In this document: in pieces, positions 1 through 8,680 of the stretch
Layout: every line of letters starts with the position of its first letter
Position numbering within the stretch: position 1 is the stretch's first letter
Origin: a bacterium
Lineage (GTDB): Bacteria; Hydrothermota; 32-111
Direction of reading: 5' to 3'
Assembly: GCA_046484245.1 (NCBI GenBank)
Contig: JAWOBN010000029.1
Coordinates: forward strand, 1 to 34,089
Length of the DNA stretch: 34,089 nucleotides
Notes under the pieces: generated by a model
Database searches by the model: none
What the model was told of the DNA's origin: nothing
Seen by the model: only the letters and a program-made list of their open reading frames with translations
Translations under genes and position numbers: made by a program

Positions 1-21
1 CTTGTTGCTAGTATACGAGAT

Positions 22-171
22 CAATGGTCAATGGTTTATGGTGGATGGTCAACAAAGATCGTACGAATTCGTGCTTTTCGCGCGATTCGTGAGATTCCAA
101 AAAATCAAGTCCTAATAGAGCGAGTAGAACGGGTAGGAGAAGGAGGTAAAAGATTAAAGGCAAAAGACAAA
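22..171. repeat. Patchwork of short degenerate tandem repeats (7-mers and 9-mers)
   Basis: caatggt/caatggt/ttatggt/ggatggt (22-49); period-9 TCG units (~58-97); tagagcgag/tagaacggg/tag (116-136); aggtaaa/agattaa/aggcaaa/agacaaa (144-171). Confidence 0.7.
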
Positions 172-182
172 TACTGCGGGGC

Positions 183-210
183 TTGACTTAGGCTCATATT
201 GTATTATTAT
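183..210 (+). promoter_or_regulatory. Putative sigma70 promoter of the cdd operon (probably leaderless)
   Basis: TTGACT (183-188), 16-nt spacer, TATTAT (205-210); ATG at 217 lies 6 nt downstream; no SD. Confidence 0.65.
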
Positions 211-216
211 TTTTCT

Positions 217-591
217 ATGAATAGTAAAATAAAAGTAAGGGCAAAAGAGCTTATCTCCCGCTCATACAGTCCGTATTCCCATTTCAGGGTTGCAGCTGTT
301 GTGAAATGCACTGACGGCAGTCTCTTTGACGGTGTCAATGTGGAGAATGCATCATATTCACTGACAATGTGCGCTGAACGGTCCGCTGTATTCAATGCTG
401 TATCACACGGATGCAGGGATATAGAGAGTATATTTATATATTCCGACAGCAGTTCAATGCCCTATCCCTGCGGTGCATGCCTCGGGGTGCTCAGTGAATT
501 CAACAATGATATGAAGGTCATTGTTGCCAGTAACAGTAAAGAGGAACAATTCACATTGAGTGAATTATTGCCCAGGCAATTCTCCCTATGA
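217..591 (+). CDS. cdd: Cytidine deaminase (homotetrameric, zinc-binding type)
   Basis: SYSPYSHFRV, GVNVENASY, CAERSA and PCGAC motifs. Start moved from the ORF-track TTG at 199, which lies inside the promoter, to ATG at 217. Confidence 0.95.
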   Translation: MNSKIKVRAKELISRSYSPYSHFRVAAVVKCTDGSLFDGVNVENASYSLTMCAERSAVFNAVSHGCRDIESIFIYSDSSSMPYPCGACLGVLSEFNNDMKVIVASNSKEEQFTLSELLPRQFSL

Positions 592-1643
592 AACGGACAA
601 TCCTCATTGCCGCATTAGCAGTACTGACAATTACTGCATGCATGCCCAAACATGACCTTATAGAGCCTGATATTGACAATATTGACATATCCGGCTCCCT
701 TAACAGGCCTTATGAGTATTCAATGAGCATTGCCACACCGATGTATACTCTCAGAGTAGAGGGCAAGAAGGATGCATTGTCCAGAATACTTGTCAAAGGG
801 CATATGACAATGGGGAATAATAAGATTGTATATAATGATTTCTATACAGGCAGGGAGTGGATTGATTACAGTACAGGCAAACCGATAGAGCATGATCCGC
901 CGATAAACCCCGATCAATTCCTCAGGACAGCCCTGACAGAGATTGAACCTGAGTTTATTGACTGGTCAGGCAGCAATCCTGTATATGAGGCACAGATCAA
1001 TACAGTGCTCATAAGCCCTGTCAATTATCTGCAGAAGGGCAGGATTATTATAAGCAGCAGGGATTATTCCCTGAGGAGTGTGGATATATCCAATGAATCA
1101 TTGACAATGGATGTAAAGCTCAATTATCCCAATGACATCTATTTCTCCAGGAAGAGTGAGCCCAAAGCCAGTATAAACATTGATAAGAGAGATACTGACA
1201 TATCTGCACTTAACAGAAGGATGGAGACATCAGGCAGGGGCTATATGGAGAACCGGACAGCATACTTCTTTGAAACAGACAGAACAAACAGGCTTCTTAT
1301 TAAGGCAGACAGGGCATACATCGGTTCATTTATCTACGGGGACGCGCTGAAAAGTGTTGATATGTACATGAATGCTGATGAGCGGGATCCGGTTTTTGTG
1401 ACAGACACGCTTTATGCATTTACAGGCAATGAGGATATTATTATTGAAGAGAAGAGCAATATGTATGATATAATCATTAATGGCATTGATATAGAAAAGA
1501 GTGATGCTTCACTATGTCTCTTTACTGACAGTACTTGTTTCCGCGCTGTCTATAACAGTAAGGCATCTATTTTGACAATTAAGAATATCACAGGCAAATT
1601 CATTGGTGTAATATACAGCATTATGCTGTATCCGTATAATTAA
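588..1643 (+). CDS. Hypothetical lipoprotein
   Basis: MKR, hydrophobic stretch, then ITAC lipobox-like motif; ATGA overlap with cdd; beta-rich; no family recognised. Confidence 0.75.
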   Translation: MKRTILIAALAVLTITACMPKHDLIEPDIDNIDISGSLNRPYEYSMSIATPMYTLRVEGKKDALSRILVKGHMTMGNNKIVYNDFYTGREWIDYSTGKPIEHDPPINPDQFLRTALTEIEPEFIDWSGSNPVYEAQINTVLISPVNYLQKGRIIISSRDYSLRSVDISNESLTMDVKLNYPNDIYFSRKSEPKASINIDKRDTDISALNRRMETSGRGYMENRTAYFFETDRTNRLLIKADRAYIGSFIYGDALKSVDMYMNADERDPVFVTDTLYAFTGNEDIIIEEKSNMYDIIINGIDIEKSDASLCLFTDSTCFRAVYNSKASILTIKNITGKFIGVIYSIMLYPYN

Positions 1644-1655
1644 ACAGGAGGAATT

Positions 1656-1829
1656 ATGCTGGAAAAGAAACTGCTTGATGTGCTTGCATGTCCCAAATGC
1701 AAGGGACAGCTTGAATATGACAAGGACAGGGAAATCCTTATATGCAGGAAGGACGGAATTTACTTTGAGATCAAGGATAATATTCCCATAATGCTCATTG
1801 ATAAAGCAAAAGAGCTGAATGAAGAATAA
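1656..1829 (+). CDS. Trm112-family (YcaR/UPF0434-like) small protein, 57 aa; below the ORF-track size cutoff
   Basis: Manual translation MLEKKLLDVLACPKCKGQLEYDKDREILICRKDGIYFEIKDNIPIMLIDKAKELNEE; LACPxCK and IxDxIPxML motifs; SD AGGAGG upstream. Confidence 0.93.
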   Translation: MLEKKLLDVLACPKCKGQLEYDKDREILICRKDGIYFEIKDNIPIMLIDKAKELNEE

Positions 1830-4800
1830 ATCCCTCTTTATTGCACTGGTCTTTCTGTCATTATTTCTCACAGCAGGCAATCTCACAGTGAGATCCATTG
1901 ATATTGAAAGAGAGGTGCTACGCAGTGATTGCGATTTGATTGATAACATGCCTGTAAGGCATTATTTTTTCAATGTTCCTGCTGATGGTGAGTGCAGAAT
2001 CAATATTGATGTATTATCCGCAAAGCATTTGAAGAATGATGATTACGGTTACGGGCAGACTCTTTACAAGGCAGAATATCAATTTGCCGGTTTTCAGAGA
2101 ATACTCCACCTTGAGTTATATCCTGTCAATTCGGTTTACGGCAGCAGGCAGTGGATTGAAAGGGTGAAAATAAGCATTGATTTTGAATCCTCCATGATAG
2201 AGTACCCGGCCAGTGAGCTTACATCCTTCACTGAGAACAGCAATTATCAGTCCAGAAAGATATTTGAAGATTCTGTCAGTGCCTTTACGGAGAATTATCT
2301 GAAGATTGAGGTTGATTCTACGGGTATATACAGGATTGACAGGGATATGCTGGCTGATGCAGGTATGAATCCGGACCTTATTGACCCGGGCAGGATGGCT
2401 CTCTTTACACCGGATACTATGTACAATTATGATTCACCCGATCTGTTTCTATATTCTGACCCTGTTCGGGTCTCATTCCGTTTTTTCGGCAATGGTGACA
2501 ATGTGTTTGACAAGGACGAATACATTCTCTTTTTCGGGGAAAATACAAACAGGGACAATGCCAATCACTACAGGCAATACGATATATTCAATAATCCGTA
2601 CACTGACAATAATGTCTATTTCCTCGCCTTCAACAGGTCTGACTCAAAAAGGGCATACCCTCTCCGGACAGGACTCAGTTCTTCGGACAGTTCACTGTTA
2701 TATGACTGCACATTGAATTATGATTCACTCAATCCCCTGATGGCAGGATACGGCTGGGTCTGGAAGGCATTCCTCATGACACCGGACAGTCAGGATACGG
2801 AGATCATAGAAGAGATCTCAATAACTGAACCATCGGATTCATCAGGTATTCTCTTATTCAAGATGGCTTTTGAATCAAGGGTTCATTATACAATGGATGT
2901 CTATTTCAATGATGAACTGATTGAGACAATAGAACATGATGTTTACGGCAGTGCTCCATGGTCGGAATTCTCAGTGGATGTAGGGAATGTCAGACGCAAT
3001 AATACTGTGAAGATTATTGTGAGAAATATTGATACACAGTGGAGAAAATTCTATTTGCGTGAGATAAGACTGTCAGTAAATGCTGATTTGAACAGATTGA
3101 CCGGGGATGTGGTGAGCCGGGAGATTCCTTCCGACATTATGAGCCTGAATCCCGTGAGGGATGTGTATGTGTATTTAAGGGGGAGCAATGATTATCTGGG
3201 AATTGCCCGCAAGTCAGAGCAGACCAATATACAGACAGGTGATTCACGCCTGATGCATGCAGGCATTGAGACAATGAAACCCCGGACAATGCAGTATATA
3301 AGCACTGGCAGAATATACTCCCGAGAGGGGTGTGATATAATTGTCATTACAGGTAATGGAATGAGAGAGAGTGCTGCAATGTACAAGAAACTCAAGGAGG
3401 ACAGGGGGCTTTCAGTGAATATATTTGAAGTGAATGAGATTTACAATGCATTCTCATTCGGTCTTCAGTATCCGCCTGCAATCAAGTCATTCATCCGCTT
3501 TGCATTACTCAACTGGGATAAGAAACCGCGCTATGTCTTTTTCCTGGGTTCTGCTTCATATGATTATAAGAACAGGGTAAATCCGTACGACAATCATAAT
3601 GTTGTGCCTGTATTTCAGGAAGGACTTGTTATCAGAGAGATGCCCCTGCTTACCAAGGAGGCAAGCAATGTGTCGGACAGATGGTTCTGCAATGTTATAG
3701 GTGATGACAATATACTTGATATAATGCCCGGCAGGATTACTGCACTTGACAGTGAGGAAGCAAGATTCGCATTGATGAAGATTGTGGATTATGAAAAAAA
3801 CAGTGATCTTGCTGACAGAAACAGGGTTATCATTATGGCTGATGATGAGTATTCAAGCCGCAGTTCCAATATATACAATGAGGATGATTTCATGCAGTGG
3901 GCTGAGATGCTCTATAATATACTGGCAAGGACATATCACTGCGATAAGATATTCCTCAGTGATTATATTGGGGATAAACAGACATATGAGGAACATTGGC
4001 CCACTGATCCGGGGGAGAAGAGACAGGTGACTGATGTGATTAACAGCAAACTCAATGACGGTGCTGATTTCTTTGTCTTTTACGGTCATGGCGCCAATTA
4101 TACACTGGCTCATGAACATGTGCTTATGATACCGGAGGACAAGGACGCACTGACAAACAGGAATAAATATCCTGTGTCACTCATGGGCACATGCAATGTA
4201 GGTCAATTTGATATGGACGGTGAAGCACTGGCTCCGTATTTTCAGAAAGTGCCGGGGGGCGGGTTCTCCGCTTCACTTGCAGCATCAAGGGCAACAGGAT
4301 ACAATGAGAATACAGAGATCATTCAGAACAGGTTCTTCAGGGACCTGCTTGATGCCGGATATGAAACACTCGGTGAATTCTATAACTCCATTTATAATAA
4401 TTATTCATATACCCAATCCTCATATATGCTCTTCGGGGACCCTGCAATGAATATAGGTGAAAGAAGAAGGGATATTGAGATTATTGCCAATGACACATTG
4501 AGAGCAGGCAGTAATGAGCAGATAAAGATAGTGACAGACGGACTGAAGGGCAATATAAATGTAACTGTCTATCAGCCCGAGTATATTGATTCACATGACT
4601 ACACGCACACAGAACCCTATCAGTATATCAAATATGTCAAGACAGACGGTATTATCTACACAGGCATCTTTGATGCAGGCAATGACACATTGATACTTGA
4701 TGTGCCGATGCCGCTTCTGTTTGATGAGAGGAAATACAATGGGAAAATAGAAATAACGGCAGTCAGCAATTCTGATTCCCTCTACTATCTCGGTATGGCG

Positions 4801-5457
4801 AGAAACGGCTTTGCTCTCTCTTCCGGTGACACTGCTTCTTATCAGGACAGTTCTTTACTGAATGTTTACTGCAATAATATCCCTGTTGAAGACAGTATTC
4901 TTCTGCCCGGCAATTATAAGGTCAAAGCCGAACTGATGGACAAGAGGGGCATTTACAGCGGGAATATTGATGAGTACAAACCTCTTGTTGAGATCAATGG
5001 TGAGGAGATTGTTGCCGGTGCAGTGCATTTTAGTGGCGGTACATACACCATTACATGTGATTATAATTCCAACAGCAGCTCCGATACAGTGAGAATTGTC
5101 CTCCATAACAATGACCTGAAGATAAGGGAGAAAACCGTTTTGGTAAAACATATCAGCCAGATTAGGTCCATAGAGAATATAACGCTTTATCCCAATCCGT
5201 CAGCAGGCATAAGCAATATATCATTCCTCTCTTCAGGAGCAGGGGTGATCCGGTATTCTGTTGCAGACAGGAGAGGCAGTGTGTTAAGGCGCGGCAGCTT
5301 CTTTTTTGAAGAGGGATTCAATACATTCAGGGTGAATCTGGATGAAAGCATATACGGTGCATTGAAACCCGGGGTATATACAGTGAAAATGGAATTTGAA
5401 AATTTCGGCAGGAAAAATAGAATAGTTCAATACAAAAAACTGATAAAGGCGGAATAA
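1819..5457 (+). CDS. Peptidase C25 (gingipain/PorU-like) with signal peptide and T9SS-type C-terminal sorting domain
   Basis: KIEVDSTGIYRID, EIYNAFSFG, YVFFLGSASYDYK, GRI, catalytic YGHG and GTCNVGQFD, LFGDPA; C-terminal LYPNP...PGVYTVK...KKLIK. Confidence 0.88.
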   Translation: MKNKSLFIALVFLSLFLTAGNLTVRSIDIEREVLRSDCDLIDNMPVRHYFFNVPADGECRINIDVLSAKHLKNDDYGYGQTLYKAEYQFAGFQRILHLELYPVNSVYGSRQWIERVKISIDFESSMIEYPASELTSFTENSNYQSRKIFEDSVSAFTENYLKIEVDSTGIYRIDRDMLADAGMNPDLIDPGRMALFTPDTMYNYDSPDLFLYSDPVRVSFRFFGNGDNVFDKDEYILFFGENTNRDNANHYRQYDIFNNPYTDNNVYFLAFNRSDSKRAYPLRTGLSSSDSSLLYDCTLNYDSLNPLMAGYGWVWKAFLMTPDSQDTEIIEEISITEPSDSSGILLFKMAFESRVHYTMDVYFNDELIETIEHDVYGSAPWSEFSVDVGNVRRNNTVKIIVRNIDTQWRKFYLREIRLSVNADLNRLTGDVVSREIPSDIMSLNPVRDVYVYLRGSNDYLGIARKSEQTNIQTGDSRLMHAGIETMKPRTMQYISTGRIYSREGCDIIVITGNGMRESAAMYKKLKEDRGLSVNIFEVNEIYNAFSFGLQYPPAIKSFIRFALLNWDKKPRYVFFLGSASYDYKNRVNPYDNHNVVPVFQEGLVIREMPLLTKEASNVSDRWFCNVIGDDNILDIMPGRITALDSEEARFALMKIVDYEKNSDLADRNRVIIMADDEYSSRSSNIYNEDDFMQWAEMLYNILARTYHCDKIFLSDYIGDKQTYEEHWPTDPGEKRQVTDVINSKLNDGADFFVFYGHGANYTLAHEHVLMIPEDKDALTNRNKYPVSLMGTCNVGQFDMDGEALAPYFQKVPGGGFSASLAASRATGYNENTEIIQNRFFRDLLDAGYETLGEFYNSIYNNYSYTQSSYMLFGDPAMNIGERRRDIEIIANDTLRAGSNEQIKIVTDGLKGNINVTVYQPEYIDSHDYTHTEPYQYIKYVKTDGIIYTGIFDAGNDTLILDVPMPLLFDERKYNGKIEITAVSNSDSLYYLGMARNGFALSSGDTASYQDSSLLNVYCNNIPVEDSILLPGNYKVKAELMDKRGIYSGNIDEYKPLVEINGEEIVAGAVHFSGGTYTITCDYNSNSSSDTVRIVLHNNDLKIREKTVLVKHISQIRSIENITLYPNPSAGISNISFLSSGAGVIRYSVADRRGSVLRRGSFFFEEGFNTFRVNLDESIYGALKPGVYTVKMEFENFGRKNRIVQYKKLIKAE

Positions 5458-6734
5458 TGAAGAGAAATATTATCATTGCAGTCATGCTGATCCTGATGCT
5501 CTCCATTGGGCTCCATTCAGCAACACGGTATATGGATGTAATGCTGGGCGGCTCCAGAATAGGCTGGTATGAAACAGAGTATGATACTTTGAGCGGCGGT
5601 ATAATCATAACTGAGAATTCCGCAATGAAGCTCAGTGTCTATTCCAATACTGTCAATGTTTCAGGCAGGAATGTGACCATATATGACAATGACGGCAGAA
5701 TACAGAAGTTTTTCTCCAGTATTAACAGTGAGCAGATGAATTTCTATTCCAATGGATTTGTTGAGAATGACACCCTGTTTGTCAAGACAATGATAGGGAG
5801 CAGGGAGCAGAGGGATACATTTGATATAAAAAACAGGAATATATTCTTCAATATTGAGGCAATTACAGATGAGATGCTCAGTGATGATCTCTATATGTTC
5901 AATCCAATGACACATTCTCTGGAGAGTGTCACAATAGAGGAGATGGAGAAGAATGATCAGTATGACAAGGTCTATGATGTTTCAAGCCCTACACTGACCA
6001 GCCGCATATTCATAGAAGACAGTGAGGTTGTGAGAACTGTCTCAAGGGAAGGCATAGTAATGGTGAAAGCCGATTCACTCAATAAGGAACTTGTATCGGT
6101 GAATCTGCTTGACTTTTTTGAAATAAAGGCAGAGGGTGATTTCTCCACGATTACGAGCGACACTGTAGGCAAGTATGTAATCAAGGCAATTGATGACATG
6201 GAACTGGACAATTACAGGCAGGTAATGAATGGAGACACGCTTTATGTGTATAAAAGAGCACTGGAAACACCGGAACTCACACCCCTTAATGAACTGTATG
6301 TCAGGGGTAATGACGAGACACGGAAAATATACAAGAAGCTTGCAGGCGGCAGTGATGAATCGGTTCTCAGGTCCATAATGGATTATGTAGGTAAGCGGCT
6401 TGATGACAGAATCGTCTCCGGTCTTGTGGGTATAGACGAGATACTCCGGATGAATCACGGTGACTGTACGGAACATGCCCAGCTCTTTGCAGCTATTGCC
6501 CTTGAAGGGGGATATGACACAGACATTGTTTCGGGTATTGTATATTCAAAGGGCATATTCTTCTATCATGCATGGAACAGGGTTGTTGCAGGCGGCAATG
6601 TCTATACCATTGACCCCACATTCGGTCAATTCAATGCCGATGTTTCGCATATTCAGCTCTCTGCAGGATACCCTCCGACAAGGGTGCTGATGAAAAAACT
6701 GCAGGAACAATTGAAAATAATAAAAATCAAATGA
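5457..6734 (+). CDS. Secreted transglutaminase-like cysteine protease domain protein
   Basis: Signal peptide; GDCTEHA, YHAWN and IDPT give a Cys-His-Asp triad; TAATG overlap with the upstream gene. Confidence 0.88.
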   Translation: MKRNIIIAVMLILMLSIGLHSATRYMDVMLGGSRIGWYETEYDTLSGGIIITENSAMKLSVYSNTVNVSGRNVTIYDNDGRIQKFFSSINSEQMNFYSNGFVENDTLFVKTMIGSREQRDTFDIKNRNIFFNIEAITDEMLSDDLYMFNPMTHSLESVTIEEMEKNDQYDKVYDVSSPTLTSRIFIEDSEVVRTVSREGIVMVKADSLNKELVSVNLLDFFEIKAEGDFSTITSDTVGKYVIKAIDDMELDNYRQVMNGDTLYVYKRALETPELTPLNELYVRGNDETRKIYKKLAGGSDESVLRSIMDYVGKRLDDRIVSGLVGIDEILRMNHGDCTEHAQLFAAIALEGGYDTDIVSGIVYSKGIFFYHAWNRVVAGGNVYTIDPTFGQFNADVSHIQLSAGYPPTRVLMKKLQEQLKIIKIK

Positions 6735-6743
6735 GGAGTGAGA

Positions 6744-7385
6744 ATGCAGCTGAACAGATATATTGACCATACCTTCCTAAAACCGGAAGGCACATTGAAG
6801 GATATAGAGAAGCTGATTGATGAGGCAATCCGGTATGAATTCTACTCTGTATGTATTCATCCCTTCTGGGTCAAAACAGCGCATGAGAGATTGAATGGCA
6901 CCAATACACAGGTAGCCACTGTTGTCGGCTTCCCCCTTGGCGCCAATACAATGGGAGTGAAAATTGATGAGGCACAGAGTGCTGTTGAAGACGGAGCTGA
7001 TGAATTGGACATGGTGATGAATATAGGCAAGTTCAAGATGGGGGATGAACAGTATGTGCTTGAGGAGATAAATGCTGTCAAAGAGAAAGCGGGGGAGAGA
7101 ATAGTCAAGGTCATAGTAGAGACCTGTCTTCTTGCTGATGATGAAAAGAAAAGAGCAGCAGAACTGATAAAGAAGAGCAATGCGGATTTCATAAAGACCT
7201 CAACCGGATTCTCATCAGGCGGGGCGGATATTGGGGATATCCGGCTTTTCAAGTCCATTATGGGGGACAAGTATATCAAGGCAAGCGGGGGAATAAGGAC
7301 GAAAGAGAGAGCCCTTGAGATGATAGAGGCAGGTGCAATGCGCATAGGGGCTTCATCATCAGTCAGTATCATGGAGGATAACTGA
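6744..7385 (+). CDS. deoC: Deoxyribose-phosphate aldolase
   Basis: IDHTFLKP, VVGFPLG, KVIVET, FIKTSTGF, KASGGIR, RIGASS; GAGGAG precedes ATG 6744. Confidence 0.97.
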   Translation: MQLNRYIDHTFLKPEGTLKDIEKLIDEAIRYEFYSVCIHPFWVKTAHERLNGTNTQVATVVGFPLGANTMGVKIDEAQSAVEDGADELDMVMNIGKFKMGDEQYVLEEINAVKEKAGERIVKVIVETCLLADDEKKRAAELIKKSNADFIKTSTGFSSGGADIGDIRLFKSIMGDKYIKASGGIRTKERALEMIEAGAMRIGASSSVSIMEDN

Positions 7386-8680
7386 TGTATATACCTGATA
7401 TAATCAAGAAGAAGAGGGACGGCGGGCAGCTCAGTAAACAGGATATAGAATATATAATAAGCAGTTATGTCAGCGGTGATGTCCCGGATTATCAGATGTC
7501 CGCATTACTGATGGCTTGTTTTATCAATGGTATGGAAACAGATGAGACAGCCTATCTGACAAGGTCAATGATGAACAGCGGCGAGATGTATCAATTTGAT
7601 GATATTGAAGGCATAAAGGCGGACAAGCATTCAACAGGCGGTGTGGGAGACAAGGTGTCCATACCCCTTGCACCGGTACTTGCCGAACTGGGTTTCTATG
7701 TGCCTATGGTCTCCGGCAGGGGACTGGGGCATACGGGCGGCACACTGGACAAACTGGAATCCATAGAGGGATTTGATGTTGAGCTTGACAGCAAGCAGTT
7801 CAGGGAAATCCTCAAAAAGAACAGGGTGGTCATGGCAGGGCAGACAGACCGATTCGTGCCTGCTGATAAAAAACTCTATGCACTGCGGGATGTAACAGGA
7901 ACAGTTGAGTCTATTCCCCTTATTACAGCCTCCATTATGAGTAAGAAACTCTCTGAAGGCATTGATTCACTTGTACTGGATGTGAAATGCGGAAATGGCG
8001 CATTCATGAAGGACTTAAAGTCTGCACGGGAACTTGCTGATAATATGTTTGAGACAGGCAGGCAGTTCTCAAAGAAGATGCTCTATATCATATCGGATAT
8101 GTCCCGGGTTCTGGGCAATACGGCAGGCAATGGCATTGAGATAGATGAATCCGTGAAAATTCTGAAGGGTCAATTGAAGAATGATACATATATTATTATG
8201 AAGAAACTCGCATCAATGCTTCTTATTGCCAATAATATTGCACAGAACAGTGATAAAGCAGGAGAGATGGTGGACAGTGTTATTGAAAACGGCAGTGCCT
8301 ATGAGCGATTTGAACAGATGGTAATGCTCCAGGGCGGCAATGTGAAGAAACTGTCCCGGGGTGACCTTGTCTATAACCGGTCCATTGCAGTGAAAGCAAC
8401 ACGCAGCGGATATATGGAGTCCATGGATACATATTCAATAGGTGTATCACTGATACATATGAATGCGGGCAGGAATAAGAAGGAAGACAAAATTGACCAT
8501 AAGACAGGCATAAGGGTCTTGAAGAAGACAGGAGATTTTGTAGAGGAGAATGATGATGTCTTTATCATTCATTACAAAGACAAGTATGAAGACACAATGG
8601 AGATACTGTCACATTCATTCACACTGTCGGATAAAAAGCCCGGGGAAATTCAATTGATAAAATCAGAGAGGATTGAATAA
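7385..8680 (+). CDS. pdp: Pyrimidine-nucleoside/thymidine phosphorylase
   Basis: KKRDG, DKHSTGGVGDK, SGRGLGHTGGTLDKLESI, LRDVTGTVESIPLITASIMSKK. Confidence 0.95.
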   Translation: MYIPDIIKKKRDGGQLSKQDIEYIISSYVSGDVPDYQMSALLMACFINGMETDETAYLTRSMMNSGEMYQFDDIEGIKADKHSTGGVGDKVSIPLAPVLAELGFYVPMVSGRGLGHTGGTLDKLESIEGFDVELDSKQFREILKKNRVVMAGQTDRFVPADKKLYALRDVTGTVESIPLITASIMSKKLSEGIDSLVLDVKCGNGAFMKDLKSARELADNMFETGRQFSKKMLYIISDMSRVLGNTAGNGIEIDESVKILKGQLKNDTYIIMKKLASMLLIANNIAQNSDKAGEMVDSVIENGSAYERFEQMVMLQGGNVKKLSRGDLVYNRSIAVKATRSGYMESMDTYSIGVSLIHMNAGRNKKEDKIDHKTGIRVLKKTGDFVEENDDVFIIHYKDKYEDTMEILSHSFTLSDKKPGEIQLIKSERIE

